From Amphiscolops sp. MND2022 (Eukaryota), in contig OZ076409.1 in NCBI GenBank assembly GCA_964187785.1, positions 43,898,001 to 43,962,000 on the forward strand: a stretch of 64,000 bases of DNA. The letters are read 5' to 3'. Each line of letters opens with the position of its first letter. Positions within the stretch are counted from its first letter, which is position 1. Below the pieces are notes generated by a model, which was not told where the DNA came from, made no database searches, and saw nothing but the letters and a program-made list of their open reading frames with translations. This document shows positions 32,001 to 42,400 of this stretch, piece after piece. The translations under genes and the position numbers were made by a program.

Positions 32001-34677
32001 AACTTCTTTGTCGAAAAATGCTATAACTGATTACGTCATGGCCGACCGTCCTTTATCCGTAGAAATCTTTGTGTCCAATTGAACTTCAGCTGATTTTTTT
32101 GTCAGCCTGTTAGAATAGAAGAATTTTGTTAAACCAAGAATTGAATACCTTGTATGCAAATTAAACGCATTAGAGTCGATTGATATTACATGGTATACGT
32201 TGTATCAGAATGTGTGGGTGATTCAGTTCGACATGAAAAGTGTTGACCAGTGAATATTTCATGACAAGCAGAAAATGTTGGAAATTGTGGGAAACAGCTG
32301 AGGAAAATTTCTAGGTTTCAAGAAATCAGAAAATATTAATTTTACAAGATTAGACTCCAAGTTACCTCTGCCAAGAACAAAATTCTCAGAAAAACATTTT
32401 TCAAATTGTAGTAAATTTCAAATTTTTGTGAAAGATTTTGTATTGTGTCAATATGACCATACAAAAGCGATGTATCATCTAATTACTAATTAGTGAGAAG
32501 AGAGAGTCTATAGTACTATAGTAGAAGAAGAGTTTATTTCCCCAATTCCGACTGGTGGACGCCGAATAACCAGTTCTGCTTTTCTAAGTCGGTGCCACTG
32601 ACCATACCACTACGCTAGGAATGGAAGACTTGCTTAAGGCCCAACAAAGGTGAGTTGAGAGAGGTTCGAACCTGATGCCGCCCCAGTACAGGCCGAGTGC
32701 TTTAACTACTACGCCATGCTCCCCTGAGGAGTCATTCTAAATGAACAAGTTGGCCAACTTTTTGGTTTTTGGTAAGTATTTTACTTATAAGTAAAATACT
32801 TACCAAAAACCAAAAAGTTGGCCAACTTGTTCATTGAAGAGCAAAGAAGAGCAATCTACTGACTCGTATAATAATATGGAGTTAACTTAAAGCAACGGGC
32901 GGGTCATTTATCATCCTGGGAAAGAGTATAAACAAAAATTAATGCATGTTTTCACTCTTTCCCAGGATGATAAATGACCCGCCCGTTGCTTTTAGTTAAC
33001 TCCATATTATTATACGAGTCAGTAGATTGCTCTTCTTTGCTGTTTATAAGGAGAGACGATCTTACCTCAGTTAAAAACTTTTGACAGTGAACAAAAAACT
33101 TGATGTCACGATTGAATCAAACCCTTGCAAGGATGTCAAAAATGCTTTCAGGTTGCATTTGGGCGCTGAGCAGACTCAGAGCGTACTTGGAAAATGAAAA
33201 CTCGTCGACCAAAAGGCACCCCTCGTTTACATGGCACAAAATTGCCAATATTATTTGTCTTACTATTCTCACCCTGTCCAATCACATTCCCCCACAGGTC
33301 AGTGATGAATCATCAACAATGATGAAAATTCTTATAACTGGATCCACGAAAAACGATTCCAATGCACTTGAAAAAAGTAAAAAGAAATAAATTTGTCATT
33401 AGAGTAGCAAAGATTGGGGCCATTTGAAGTGTCGTGAACAATTTAAAACGATGAAACATAAAATGAAGCTGGAACGTTGCTTAAAACTTCTAGACTCAGA
33501 AAACTCTAAGATGTTTTTGTCAATGAGTAGTCTTAGAGATGGTTTTATGGATGGTATTCAATTTCAAGATGATTCTATTAAGTTTTCAAAAAGTGAAGAG
33601 ATTAAACAAGCTAGCTTTTTGGAATTCTTCTCACCACTTAACAGGCCTACAACTGCTTTGAACTTTTGGGATTCGACATCTTATTGGACGAGAGATTGAA
33701 ACCTTGGCTCCTTGAAGTCAACATTAGTCCTGCCCTCACTACAAACACCCATCTGGATGCCCACGTCAAACTTGGAGTATTACGTCACACAGTTTTTCTT
33801 TGCGAGAGGTTGTTTTTCTCGGAGTTCGATGATCAAGACGATGATGGTAGCAACGAACTTACCATCTACAGATATCATCGGGACACGGCTGGAAAGAAGC
33901 GTTCGCGGAATAATTTCATTCGTTCCAATCCATCAGACTTTTTCCAGCCCCGAGTTGGTGTGTTTAGTCGGAGTAGGTACCAGAAACCAATTCCCACTTC
34001 TTTGGGGGACCTGAGGTGAGGGGCGGCTGGATGGTTTTTTCATTGCTTTGTTTTTCAATATACAATTGATGTTTTTGCAAAGTAAATTGAGCAATCTCCA
34101 ATTTTTATATATATTTCTGGAAAAATTCAACTGAAAGATAACCGATAGGCAAGTTAGATGGGTTTGTTAGAATGATAAAAATTGAATCAAGGTATAAATT
34201 TGTGAGCAATCACCGTGTAACTACCAAAAGACTTGGACCATGTTTATAGACAAGATCAGAAAAGTACAAACGAATTTAGTCTGACACAACTTCAGTTTCT
34301 GGACTTTTTTTATAGAAGTCGCTTCTTGATTAGAAAAGTTTTTTTCTATTATTCGAAAACTACGTCAACCTCCTAATTCCACTTTAACTACTTTTGCAAG
34401 CATTAGCAGCAATTTTCAATGACATCACATTGAAAATGTTAGTGGTAAATTTTTGACGGTAGTAGCAATCAGTCGTCCCTGCCAAAGGTTGATATTCCCT
34501 TTCAACGATGAGACAAGAAGAGCGACCAGTACCGAGTTTCATGACACTAGGACGGCTGTTTTGGAGATACAGAAAAGAGATGCCATTGTACAGAGACGTC
34601 TAGAGTCATACAGTGCCAAGAAAAGGTCGAATAGCACTAATCAGAAAATGGAAAACCTTTTATTATGGTGTCCTTGA
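13739..34677 (+). CDS. TTLL2: Tubulin polyglutamylase, TTLL2-like (9 coding exons, about 771 aa)
   Basis: Exons 13739-14031, 18218-18412, 25295-25527, 26042-26587, 28673-28881, 29164-29296, 33152-33297, 33645-34015, 34488-34677 join in frame (2316 nt). Motifs: LVFKVDDATPEAVKRIFRERGW, WHLYW, INHFP, KKDCLARNLKRM, FPKTYILPKDY, WIAKP, VQRYI.KPMLI.GYKFDLRLYV, EGLVRFAT, HLTNTSINK, CFELLGFDILLD..LKPWLLEVN.SP, LIFPFN. TTLL2 subfamily call is from recalled similarity. Confidence 0.88.
14385..14964. mobile_element. MITE with AAATTTCGTCGT subterminal repeats (copy 1)
   Basis: Homologous along its length to 61141-61718; inverted GAAATTTCGTCG / CGACGAAATTTC ends. Confidence 0.7.
16799..17390 (+). mobile_element. 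Helentron/DINE-1-like non-autonomous element
   Basis: Starts AACAAGACGGGAACGTCTAAAGTCGG, ends with hairpin TAGTCGG...CCGACTA then an A run; internal repeats; no TSD; family recurs at 36528, 38836, 54185 and 63150. Confidence 0.7.
18218..18412 (+). CDS. TTLL2: TTLL2-like exon 2 (non-canonical GG acceptor)
   Basis: IFRERGWMEY...WHLYWK...QVINHFPKTFNISKKDCLARNLK; donor AG|GTAATG. Confidence 0.88.
19288..19495 (-). repeat. 3' LTR of Gypsy element 1
   Basis: Direct repeat of 24995-25202, adjacent to the PPT. Confidence 0.95.
19708..20451 (-). CDS. Integrase C-terminal extension, separated from Gag-Pol by one in-frame TAA
   Basis: Same frame, ATG directly after the stop; YQFFEK...HTITTSDGKIIHKK matches the contiguous IN tail of element 2 (FQFFEK...HTVTTDTGKIIHRK); contains CVRC-x7-CDTH. 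Confidence 0.75.
   Translation of the reverse strand: MADYLIPNDSKKRNRSVSKEFKQYQFFEKENKPNAMKCRFKTNKILTAVNETKHTITTSDGKIIHKKLASKPIKFQLPKKPEEKKKPTNRCVRCGKFSQGKYCDTHKRVYGITDEPGCSYTLPTKPEKRSTYADVIETSNGQDASTEEQGPQASNTTVTAETQRHEEETAPEIHTPPPSTPVQCSTSYGTQPKQPEGEQQTPIRATVNTEATPKKRKKSPKRGNLKIVDKKELKNHKIQTESPDLRR
20452..24975 (-). CDS. Gypsy Gag-Pol polyprotein (Gag with two zinc knuckles, PR, RT, RNase H, IN), 1507 aa
   Basis: CRFC..H.C and CNNCKKMGHFAKVC; IDTGS; SKIDLDYAYGQ, FYGL, WLDD; TTDAC, ELELL, TDHQAL, DYLSR; HQGH...CPSC, LDFAGP, TDNGSCF, VERTIRTIK. Confidence 0.95.
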   Translation of the reverse strand: MDNPDPNTSERSGQQAANQTIMNQTTADRLEKNKYKIPILSDRETDLTKINPRMWWEQISEYIHLTYNRNLEELMDQGVDQMDPHTVYHIKGDVIWALGPKAKHEIMRGQWGKELKDIDLPEMLKLFKKTFIPARNVFHSRAQFFNIQQDENETLDEYWKRLVDIERKCEFNSITPEEIITYKFAATINDKKARDKFIKGPLKLQMVLETIEQDNYNRKYGDKKANKRPRKVKLESSSSEEQVAHTQPIRKQKTAETWKKKIPNRNCRFCGKPNWSMEHICPARRAQCNNCKKMGHFAKVCKSKTVSRIQKGPSTDSDTESWPEIDHIQSVNGINRIDFYKAILLVQGQLIEFIIDTGSPVTIIPPIINTAELHKTTKSFVDVNKNPIKFKGETMLEVKTEKSKITLPILITENKNTQPLLGLDWLDKLEIGLQGNTNTNIIRYIETDERRQKIVKEYEDPFKNNHTIKDLAIDIQLKKDTKPIQQKGRQVPIHFQKTVKNELKKLIETGHLENANNTTENCFVSPAVITIKKDKSVKIALDSRKLNEACVKRKATMPNMEELISNISAEITRSDGEIWMSKIDLDYAYGQAKLTAEAARHCVFSIIGGDFTGHYRFKKGFYGLSDIPTVFQEDIDKVLEFKTPVWLDDIICVTNGTIDDHEREIREVLTKLQNAGYRASERKTELFKQEITWLGYHIDQKGVKPIKDKTEAITKLMAPKNAKELKSFLGSIQHLAKFINNLSKKTDRMRRLLKKETHWELTPKIDEDFENLKKEITEPPCLAHFDPKKENYVTTDACNTGLGATLWQKEGEIFRPVAFASRFLTDCERKYAINELELLGALWGLEYFRYFVYGKRVNLLTDHQALQPLLKRNRAHKQYTARLTRRLDRLSHFDVNVQYTAGKNIPLTDYLSRHPIVNTDESAAENNLNGQNETESEEEFVINQIHGLFDFIQTNGSIKRFTERTKPRQKIDQSQHGICKREQNRQTHLLKTSIPLNGVNKIASVNSSNRSAKPSSMDKINGIDMHFIFKKRGHSPDTLRLWTERKRLLKPEKLRIVGKGTHNERLQEYRPSQQVRKRIVELNVQIYNRFFSFCDTLGTTPLKEFQQNNYESWITQSSDTESQTSNVRQEKCPTNAIKKFRKHETINLIRLKQTVKTNNLDDEHNERTEETIKKAEKDFALDLPMLVEETAKDTKILNAITAVEKNQIEEIFYPYRPHRYHLTTRFGLLFYNDKNVIPEAMRSTIIAMLHQGHPSATKMDQSSAAFWWPGLYREIKEKAENCPSCRSSGKNLTTQLPSTEKNYLEILSEPNQEIQLDFAGPIKSKTRGDVYILVAVDRFSKWPTAKICKNTDTRTVLKFLTEYCSDNGTPRSVRTDNGSCFKSNEFKEFCNQENIKRIRCIPNLHTGTGQVERTIRTIKSLTRANMADGLTFEESVKLAIKTIRQTPHSKLNMTPFQMHYGRKPRTAITNLIGRSECLLSNWKKTLANYVSAQPTELQMFTINDSEG
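24995..25202 (-). repeat. 5' LTR of Gypsy element 1
   Basis: Direct repeat of 19288-19495, adjacent to the PBS. Confidence 0.95.
25295..25527 (+). CDS. TTLL2: TTLL2-like exon 3
   Basis: TAG| acceptor; MKAVYGAHLFNFFPKTYILPKDY; 3' boundary (G|GTCGTA) less certain. Confidence 0.85.
26042..26587 (+). CDS. TTLL2: TTLL2-like exon 4 (Ser/Lys/Asn/Asp-rich low complexity)
   Basis: Open 546-nt frame, CAG| acceptor and G|GTAACC donor, phase 1-1; an alternative donor at 26598 pairs with an alternative acceptor at 28666. Confidence 0.7.
28673..28881 (+). CDS. TTLL2: TTLL2-like exon 5
   Basis: WIAKPSSNSQGKGI...VVQRYIDKPMLISGYKFDLRLYV; donor |GTCAGT. Confidence 0.92.
29164..29296 (+). CDS. TTLL2: TTLL2-like exon 6
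   Basis: TTTCAG| EGLVRFATDKF...HLTNTSINK. Confidence 0.92.
29910..30769. mobile_element. Fold-back/MITE-like element with internal minisatellite
   Basis: Termini CCCGGGTTTCCC...TTGATCATACT and AGTATGATCAA...GGGAATCTCGGG are inverted; many CCATATATGG/CCAGTCTG sub-repeats. Confidence 0.6.
30047..30206. repeat. Perfect 32-bp tandem repeat, five copies
   Basis: ACTTCTACGGTCCAGTCTGAAACCATAAATGG at 30047, 30079, 30111, 30143 and 30175. Confidence 0.95.
32522..32724 (-). mobile_element. tRNA-derived SINE
   Basis: - strand GGAGCATGGCGTAGTAGTT (A box) ... GGTTCGAACC (B box), then CCTTAAGCAAGTC (CORE-like) and an AATAAA plus (CTT)n tail. Confidence 0.65.
32740..32835. repeat. Perfect 96-bp palindrome, no spacer
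   Basis: AATGAACAAGTTGG...TACTTA|TAAGTA...CCAACTTGTTCATT. Confidence 0.95.
32840..33041. repeat. Inverted repeat, 88-bp arms with a 26-nt spacer
   Basis: 32840-32927 is the reverse complement of 32954-33041 with one visible mismatch. Confidence 0.95.
33152..33297 (+). CDS. TTLL2: TTLL2-like exon 7
   Basis: TTTCAG| GCIWALSRLRAYL...WHKIANIICLTIL; donor CAG|GTCAGT. Confidence 0.88.
33645..34015 (+). CDS. TTLL2: TTLL2-like exon 8
   Basis: AYNCFELLGFDILLDERLKPWLLEVNISPAL; donor AG|GTGAGG. Confidence 0.92.
34488..34677 (+). CDS. TTLL2: TTLL2-like terminal exon
   Basis: LIFPFND...LLLWCP*; alternative in-frame acceptor at 34473; AATAAA at 34702. Confidence 0.8.
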
Positions 34678-34701
34678 AATTTGTTTTTAACCAAGTCAGA
34701 G

Positions 34702-34707
34702 AATAAA
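34702..34707 (+). promoter_or_regulatory. Putative polyadenylation signal of the TTLL2-like gene
   Basis: AATAAA about 25 nt downstream of the stop codon. Confidence 0.5.
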
Positions 34708-36527
34708 TTTTTAGCTATTGAGTTTAATGGTTTTCGCAATTGATCAGCATTCACGGCAAACCAAAATTTTTCATTTCATTTTTGCATTTCTGTACTGAGA
34801 GTCCATAATATTTCATCCATGACCAGGCCTGGTCCATCAATAGCAATCAACATTTTTACAAGTGGCCAGGAAAGGAAATCAAAATTGAAAGCTTTCAAAA
34901 ACTGACAAAAGATCTTTCTGAATTCATCCATGAGCTACCCCTGGCTATCCATGGACCACCTCTGGTCATGGATGGAAATCGGGTGACACGTATTTGATAC
35001 GTATTTTGCATTAGAATTTGTTGACAGTTAAAACGAATCAATTTGAGCTGATATACTAGAACATTTCAAACAAAAACTTCGATTGAATGCAAAAAAGTTC
35101 GAACTTTTTTGCAAGATGTTTGAAAAGAGATGGTGCAAATTCCGTAGTATAAGTAACATGCAACTGTCTGAAAGTCTCATTTTAAAAAGCTTTAATTCAG
35201 CCCTACGAGTAAAAATTGAAAAAAAATCAATGTTGTCCTTTCTGCAGTTCACGGTGCAAAACTTCTCATCCGTAGTAGAAAGAAAAATATGAAAAACTAA
35301 GGGAACGGAACATAGTTCCGTTTTTAACATTTCTCTGCACTGTTAAGCTAACGGTAATTATTTTTCAATCTTTCACCTCCTTTTCATTTTTTTTCGAAAA
35401 TATTGAAAATCAAAATAGCAGCAGTTGGATTTTTGGAATTTTATTTTGAATTCATGGGTGTATTTTTGAACTTTTTTAGAGCCTCATGAAAAGTTAGCTT
35501 GGTCGTTTTTCGAAAAATTCTCCATCATTGATCGACCGATCTAATGTTGAAGCTTTAAAGTCCGACAAATTTGGATATATTCACCCGTACTGAGACTCCA
35601 TTCAATCCCATCGATGGGAATCGAAAATCAGAAAAACGTGGCAAAATTGCAATTATACGTATGAAAATGCGACGGAATCAAGCTCCCATACCGTGTCAGA
35701 AAATACCTGAAGAGATACTCTTGAGACTCAAAAATAGCTTCTGAACTGGCAGCATCAGAAAAACTCATGTTGAAAAAACGTTATCAAAATTTTTACTTTC
35801 GAACAGTTTCATAGTGCCGATATTCTGAATCCGGACCCTCTAAGTTCGCAAAACGCTTTTTCCAAGCTAAAAACTGTTTTAAAAATGAAGGGGTACTTCG
35901 TAAAAAGTCACACAGTCGCGAAAACACCGTAGTTCTTTTCCACAGGTATTGAGAAAACGATCATCAGTTCTACAGGACCAAAAAATAACCAGAGATGTCA
36001 ACCTGAGTGCTTGGAAAATGCTTTTCTTCAACAGAAAATCTAAACAAAATTAAGTGAAAAAAAATTCAAATATCCTCGTTTCAAAAATTTTGATATCAAA
36101 AAATGTCTTCGATAAGTCGCATGTTCTCAAAAAACGCTACGCCCAAAAAACCTCTACGCTCGCGAAACACTTTGCTTCTGTTAAAAATGAAAGAGGGCAA
36201 CACGGTTATCTCCGAAATAAAATCAAAAATAGTCGCATAATACCGAAAAAGAGCCCGAATGGGGGAACATTTGGTCTTGCTTATACCTTTACAAGCAATC
36301 AAAAAGTGGTTTAGTTCGGGAGTCGAACCCACGTCCTCTTGCTTCACCAGGCCCTGAAATTACCAACAGCAGGCGGGAACAAGTTTACAAAATTTATGAA
36401 ACTTGAAATAAATAAAAGTTGACGTTACATGGTGATGGAAGAAAAAACACTTGCCACTTTAAAAGTCGCGCACTTTTTTCAATCTGTTTTGAAAACCGTG
36501 TCGGCATGTAAAGTTTGATTTCTTTGT

Positions 36528-37124
36528 AACAAGACGGGAACGTCCAAAGTCGGCGCTATATCTAAGGCTCAAGAAGCGCGGTTTTCAAATATGTGTAGGA
36601 CGTTCTCATGAAAAAAGGATGTTTTTGACCTCAGGCTCCTTAGTATAACGCAATACAGTTCGGATATAACATCATCAAAAGTTCGGACAAAGCGTTTTCC
36701 TCCGGATGTTACGACAAAATTTAGAATAGTATTGAAAATTAATTTTATTATTTTGAAAAATTAGTCTTTTGAGAAATCTCACAAGGCCAAAAATTGCACA
36801 AGGCGGACCAATTGGGCTTGTTGAAACTCCAGTTTGTTGCAAAATATCAAAACATTGAAGGGGCAAAAAAAATTCGGAAAAAAAGTCGCACAATGCCTAC
36901 AAAAATTTAAAGAGGGGACCCTTCAGTCTCGCCCGCTTTCGCAAATGCTCGAACAAGTTTCTGGCTGAAGCAGGCACTCGAACCCGTGACCGCTGGGTTC
37001 CCCGTAAACCGATTAAAGTCTGTACTAAAAAGTGGTACATACAGGGTGAGATCTGTGGTCTGACAAAAAAAACTAGCCACTGTAATAGTCCGGCACTTTT
37101 CACTAGAAAAGTGCCGACTAAAAA
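36528..37124 (+). mobile_element. Helentron/DINE-1-like non-autonomous element
   Basis: Same termini (AACAAGACGGGAACGTCCAAAGTCGG ... TAGTCCGGCAC-GTGCCGACTAAAAA). Confidence 0.7.
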
Positions 37125-38835
37125 TGAGCTATCAATATCCAGTAAGCACAAAGTCAGCGCAAGGGAATGTTCTTCAGAAGATGTTTTGTTTCAATTACAT
37201 TTTCCACGATCTGCTAGTCGTAAACTTGTTTGTCGAATTTTTACGAATGTTTGTCGTAAACATTAGACTGGTTTGGAACTTTGCGGATTGTGCTGTTTTT
37301 GTGACTTTGATAGTTCCGATGCATGCCAATCTAGACATTTCCAAACATTTGTCGCATACAGTGCGCTTCAATGGCTCGGAATTATTTCGGATTCAGGTTT
37401 CATGACTTTGTTAACCACTGCAAATTCATTTGAATGCGAAACAAACTTTTCTTCATCAAGGTAATCCGATCCGAGACTGAACAGTTTGTTTTGTAGAGGG
37501 CATACATCGTATTCATCACGTTGGTATTAATTATACAGCAACAAACTGTATCAGCATGTATCCGGACAGATGTTACTTCATCGGATGTAAAAATTAAGTG
37601 TTTAGTTACATTCAAAGGCACTTTTTTAAAAAAGTTCTCTTTTCCAAACACTCGAAAATATGACAGTGCCGCTGCTAAACGTTTCTTGCTATCCATTGAA
37701 ATACTTTTTGGGTACATTTCGAAATACATTTTGAAAATAGCCAAAATAACTGTTCCCTACTTTTTGGATTCTTCAATGGATTTCTATAAATTCTTGAAAT
37801 GGCATTTTTAACCGCATTCCAATTGTTTTTGCTTCAAAAAATTAACAGAGTTTTTTGAAACACTCTTTTGTTAACAGCATGTTTCAATCCAATCTGACTC
37901 CATTTATGCGCGAAAAGGAAAATTATTGCAAAAATGTATAATTTTTCTACTGTTTTGGGAGACAGAACTTCGAAATTACGTCCGTTGAGGCCTACAAAAC
38001 TAGCTTTCAGTTGAATGACACTGTTACAGACATCATACAATTGGGAATTTCGAGCAAAATAATATCTGCAATATAACGCCATGTGGTGTAGATTGCAAGT
38101 TTCCATTCAAATGGCCAGACAAAAACAGGTTGAAAATTATACAACATATTGTAGCGCGTTTTTTACTGATTCATGATTCGACTAATTGTGGGACCTCGGC
38201 CGTTTTGGGGAAGCTTAATCACGTGTTTTTGCTAGGCATATTTTCCTCCAAAACACAAATTACCGCGGTATCTGAAAAAACTCAAAATTTTTTCCCAAAA
38301 AGTTATGGTTGAAAATAGTTTTATCACTGCAAAGTCTATGGACTGCTACTTACTGTTCGTATCCAAAATCAACACATTTGTCGGGAACATTCAGAACGAC
38401 CTAGTACAGATACGGGTGTAATTTTCAAGGCCTAACTGTTGCATTGCCAAAGAAAAAGAGCAGAACATGGATCCTATTTATTTCATTCTGGGTGAGTATT
38501 CAGCATTTTCAAATAAATTTTATGATATTAAATTTACGCTGATTTTTTTACAACACTGAATTCTAAATAACTTGAGACTAGTTAAAGTTAAAAACTACAG
38601 CGAAGAGACATTCCTCTCCCAAATTTCTGAAAACCTTGAGATAAGTCGGCCAACAAACTTAGAAAAAATTACTCTAAGCCTAAGGACAACAAAGAAAACA
38701 CACCAAGAAAGCCACGAAGAGATTTTGTTATCTTTTGAGGAGGGTAGACCTCTGTTAATCTCTGTTAAGGTTATAACCCGAATTCTTGTTGAATATAGCA
38801 AAAATGTATAATCCGATTTTGTTTCAGTAATGTTA

Positions 38836-39497
38836 AACAAGACGAGAACGTATAAAGTCGGAGCTATATCTAAAGCTCAAAGCGCAAAACATTATTTTTG
38901 AAAAAACTAACATACATACTGTTGCAAAATATCAAATATCAAAGAAATTGAAGGGGGCGAAATTTTTTTTTTTTAAAAAAGTCTCACAATGCCGAAAAAC
39001 TGAAAAGGGGGACCCTTTGAGGTTTTTCAACATCCATTCTGTCGCAAAACAAGAAAAAATGAAGGAAATTTTTTTATTTTCGGGAAAAAATCTCACAATG
39101 CCGAAAAAACTGAAAGGGGGAACTGTTTGGGATTTTTCAACATCCATTCTGTCGCAAAACATCAAAACAATGCAGGGGGGACCCTTTGAGGAAAAAATTT
39201 CCGACAAAAATGTCTCGTAATGCCGAAAAAAATTGAAAGGGGGGACCCTTTGGTGTTGCCCGGTATGGTATGTTACGCGGAAAAACAGGGAAAACCTTTT
39301 TGGTCCAGTTCGCTAGGCCAAATGGTGCAATTTGACACCATAATATTTGGTAAAACTTTTAGGAACTATTTTGGTCAGTTCGTGTGGATAGAAAAAAAAG
39401 TCACTATAATAGTCGCGTTTCACTCCATGAAGCGCCGACTAAAAAAAAAGAGTCACTATAATAGTCGCGTTTCACTCCCTGAAGCGCCGACCAAAAA
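38836..39497 (+). mobile_element. Helentron/DINE-1-like element with internal tandem repeats and a duplicated terminus
   Basis: AACAAGACGAGAACGTATAAAGTCGG start; three units of about 110-120 bp (TCTCACAATGCCGAAAAA...GGGGACCC); terminal hairpin module present twice (about 39400-39445 and 39452-39497). Confidence 0.72.
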
Positions 39498-42400
39498 CAA
39501 TATTAAAAAGGCATGTTGTTCATTTTGAAAGAACAAAATACTCTACGAACCCTTCTTTTTCTGGATATTTTCTCATTTCTTAATGCCGCTGTGATTTTCT
39601 TCGAACGATTAGAGATATCAATCTAGAATGGTTCGCAGTCATGCAGAACGTTTGGAATTGCAATTTTGGTCGAACTCTCATTGTTTTTAGGCCACTGTTG
39701 TATCTTACGAGTTAAGATATAAAAAAGTGTGTGAGCTGAAAACTCTATTCTGAATGTTAGCAAGTGTATACGTAAAGTGTATTGGTCAATGAGATACAAA
39801 GGATTAACTATTGACAGGTACTAAAATGTCATTACAGTGAATTTTAGAACAAGACTGAGTGATTGAATGATTAACATCGTATTACAGCAACGCTTCTTTG
39901 CGAATCTCTTTTTTTGCAGATCAATTATTATATCATTTGAACTCTATTGAAAAATAAAGTAAAGACAGGGTAAAAAATTTTCCACCGGGATATTTCTTAT
40001 CCAAAACCGGTTCTTTATAGTTAAGATGCAGCAGATCGAAACGAGTGTGTTGTGAACTCCCATGCTGGAGGAACTATGCAAAGAGAAACAGTTTCATCAA
40101 AAATCATACAAAAACAAAAAACTTTAAAGGGGAATCTTTCAGGGTGAAAAAGACTTTTTAAAACTGCAAATATTTCAAAAAAAACACAAAATTTTGGTTC
40201 AAAAAAAGTCGCACACTGTCAAATTCGACCAAAGGAGTGACTTTTTAAAGTAACTTGAAGAAATAAATGTTTTTCAAAATCATCTGTTTAATAAACCGAA
40301 AAGTGCCGGAAACCCCTTGTTATACGGTTCATCCGATAGCTTGACCTTTACCGTAATTCGGTTCATGCATACAGACCTAAAGTTACGAGTTGTTAGTAAA
40401 CAAACTTTAAACACAATTTATACAACATAAATTAAAATAGTGATTTGTTACGATATAGTACAGTTACTGAAATACAAGCTGACATTTTATACCCTTTTAC
40501 ACCCAAGCCGTAGAATACAACACCCCTAAGCAGGCCGTCTACGCTCTCAAAGCTCTTTTTCTTCGTGAGAACTCCAAAAAAGTGGATATCACACACTCTG
40601 GCGGAACTGGATATCACACACTCTCGCTTCGTCGCCAGGTGGACTTCTGTACCATGTGCACAATGCTTTTTAGCTTTTCCACCAGCATCTAGTAGCTATT
40701 GGCAAAAGCTGTTGGAAAACATTTGCGTGCTAAAACTAACAACATAAAAGCTCCCGCTCGCCATGTTTACGTACAATGAGATTGAAAACTCTCTAAAAGC
40801 ATTTGGTTTCTAAAAGCAAAAAGTACTGTTTCCGTTGGAAAAGTTCTTCCAAACAACAATTCGCAAAGTTTGGTCATGTTTAGAGGAAGACCTGGAAGCC
40901 AGTTCAGGAAACATTTTGTTTCCAGTTTTCGTCAAAAAAACCATTACTGTCTGATTTCAAACCTAATATCATTGAATTAGGTATCCTTGCTGCAAATGCA
41001 ATCATCAATCTGTAGCTAGTCCATCAATCTGGCTTTTTGAAGATTTTTATGAAACAGAGTCCCTTTGTAACAGAAGTAGTAACATCACTAAATAACAAAA
41101 CTTTTATATCCAAACTACTATTACTACTCTGGATAAAATCACTATAGGCGGAATAGCCCAAGAAATGCGCTATATCCGAATATTGAACGTAATATCCGGA
41201 TAGTTTTACTCTATAGACGTTCATAATTTGTTCACGTGGCCGGACTTGGCCGGTCCAGTAGTTCAGTAGTTTCTGTAAAAAGTGTCCACTACGCATACAT
41301 TCAGTTATCTGACAAAAAGAAAAAAACTTGCCTCTATCATTCGCGCTCATTTTCTGGTAAAATGGCCTACTAAAAACACCAGTGCCACTGTGCCTATTGT
41401 AACAACGAAAGTCTGCGGAAATGTTCCAATAGCGATGCCATATTTACAACGTTATTGTGTTTTCCAATCGTTCATCATGTTTTTCCAAACCAAGCACTTA
41501 ACCAAACGTTTTGATACTAGAAGCCAAAAATTCATTTCTCCCTCAATGATTTAACGTGAACGCGGTAATCATATTTTCTCAGATTGAAACTGTACAGTTT
41601 CACGGATCCGACTGTTGTTGCAAAAACCCGCGAAATTTCGAAACAATTTAATAGGCTCGAAATCAATCGTGTCAAATATTAATGCATATCAGCTGCATAG
41701 ATACCAAAACCAGAAACCAACTTGAACTTTTTGTCAAAATGGGCCCGAATAAGATGAATCAGAAGTTGAGGAGGAACTGAAAAAACTTCAATTCGCTCTG
41801 CTTTCAGAATGTTTGAGAAGAGTAGATCGAGATGTAGTCGCAAATTTAACAATAGTCGGTCAAAAACGTATTTTTCACGTTTTTTAGAACAGCGTTTCAA
41901 CTGAATACGGTATGTCTAAGCTATTCAGAATGTTTCTAGGAAACTGTTCATTACAGATGAAGCTTAAAAGACAAAAAATGGCGGAGGGTAGGAATCGAAC
42001 ACTTTACCTACCGTGTGATACGTTGTGGAAGAACTGACCTTCCATAATAAGTAACTGACCAAGTCGCAAACCCGTTGAAATTTTAGTTGAAAGAAAAAAC
42101 CAAAATCGAATGATATTGTACGAAGGTTTCCCATATTCAGGAAGAAACGAAAATTTGAAACAGTTTTTGTCTTTGAAGATATGGTACAAATGTATTTCGA
42201 GAATAATCTGGTTATCTGAAATATCCTATTTTTGTTTCGCTATTTAAAGCGCAATACTTCTTGGCCTGATTTATCTGAGACCCAGTATGATCGTCATCAT
42301 CTTGAGTCCAAACATTTATTGGGTTTGTACTTTACCATACTCTGTCCATATTTTATTTAAAAGATAGTGCTCTGTCCACAGAACTCAACGATCAGAAAAA

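Noticed and set aside
38467..38491. MDPIYFIL-G|GTGAGT as iGluR first exon (and the hydrophobic stretch near 42250-42285)
   Set aside because: Plausible signal-peptide pieces, but I could not assemble an unambiguous phase-consistent model.
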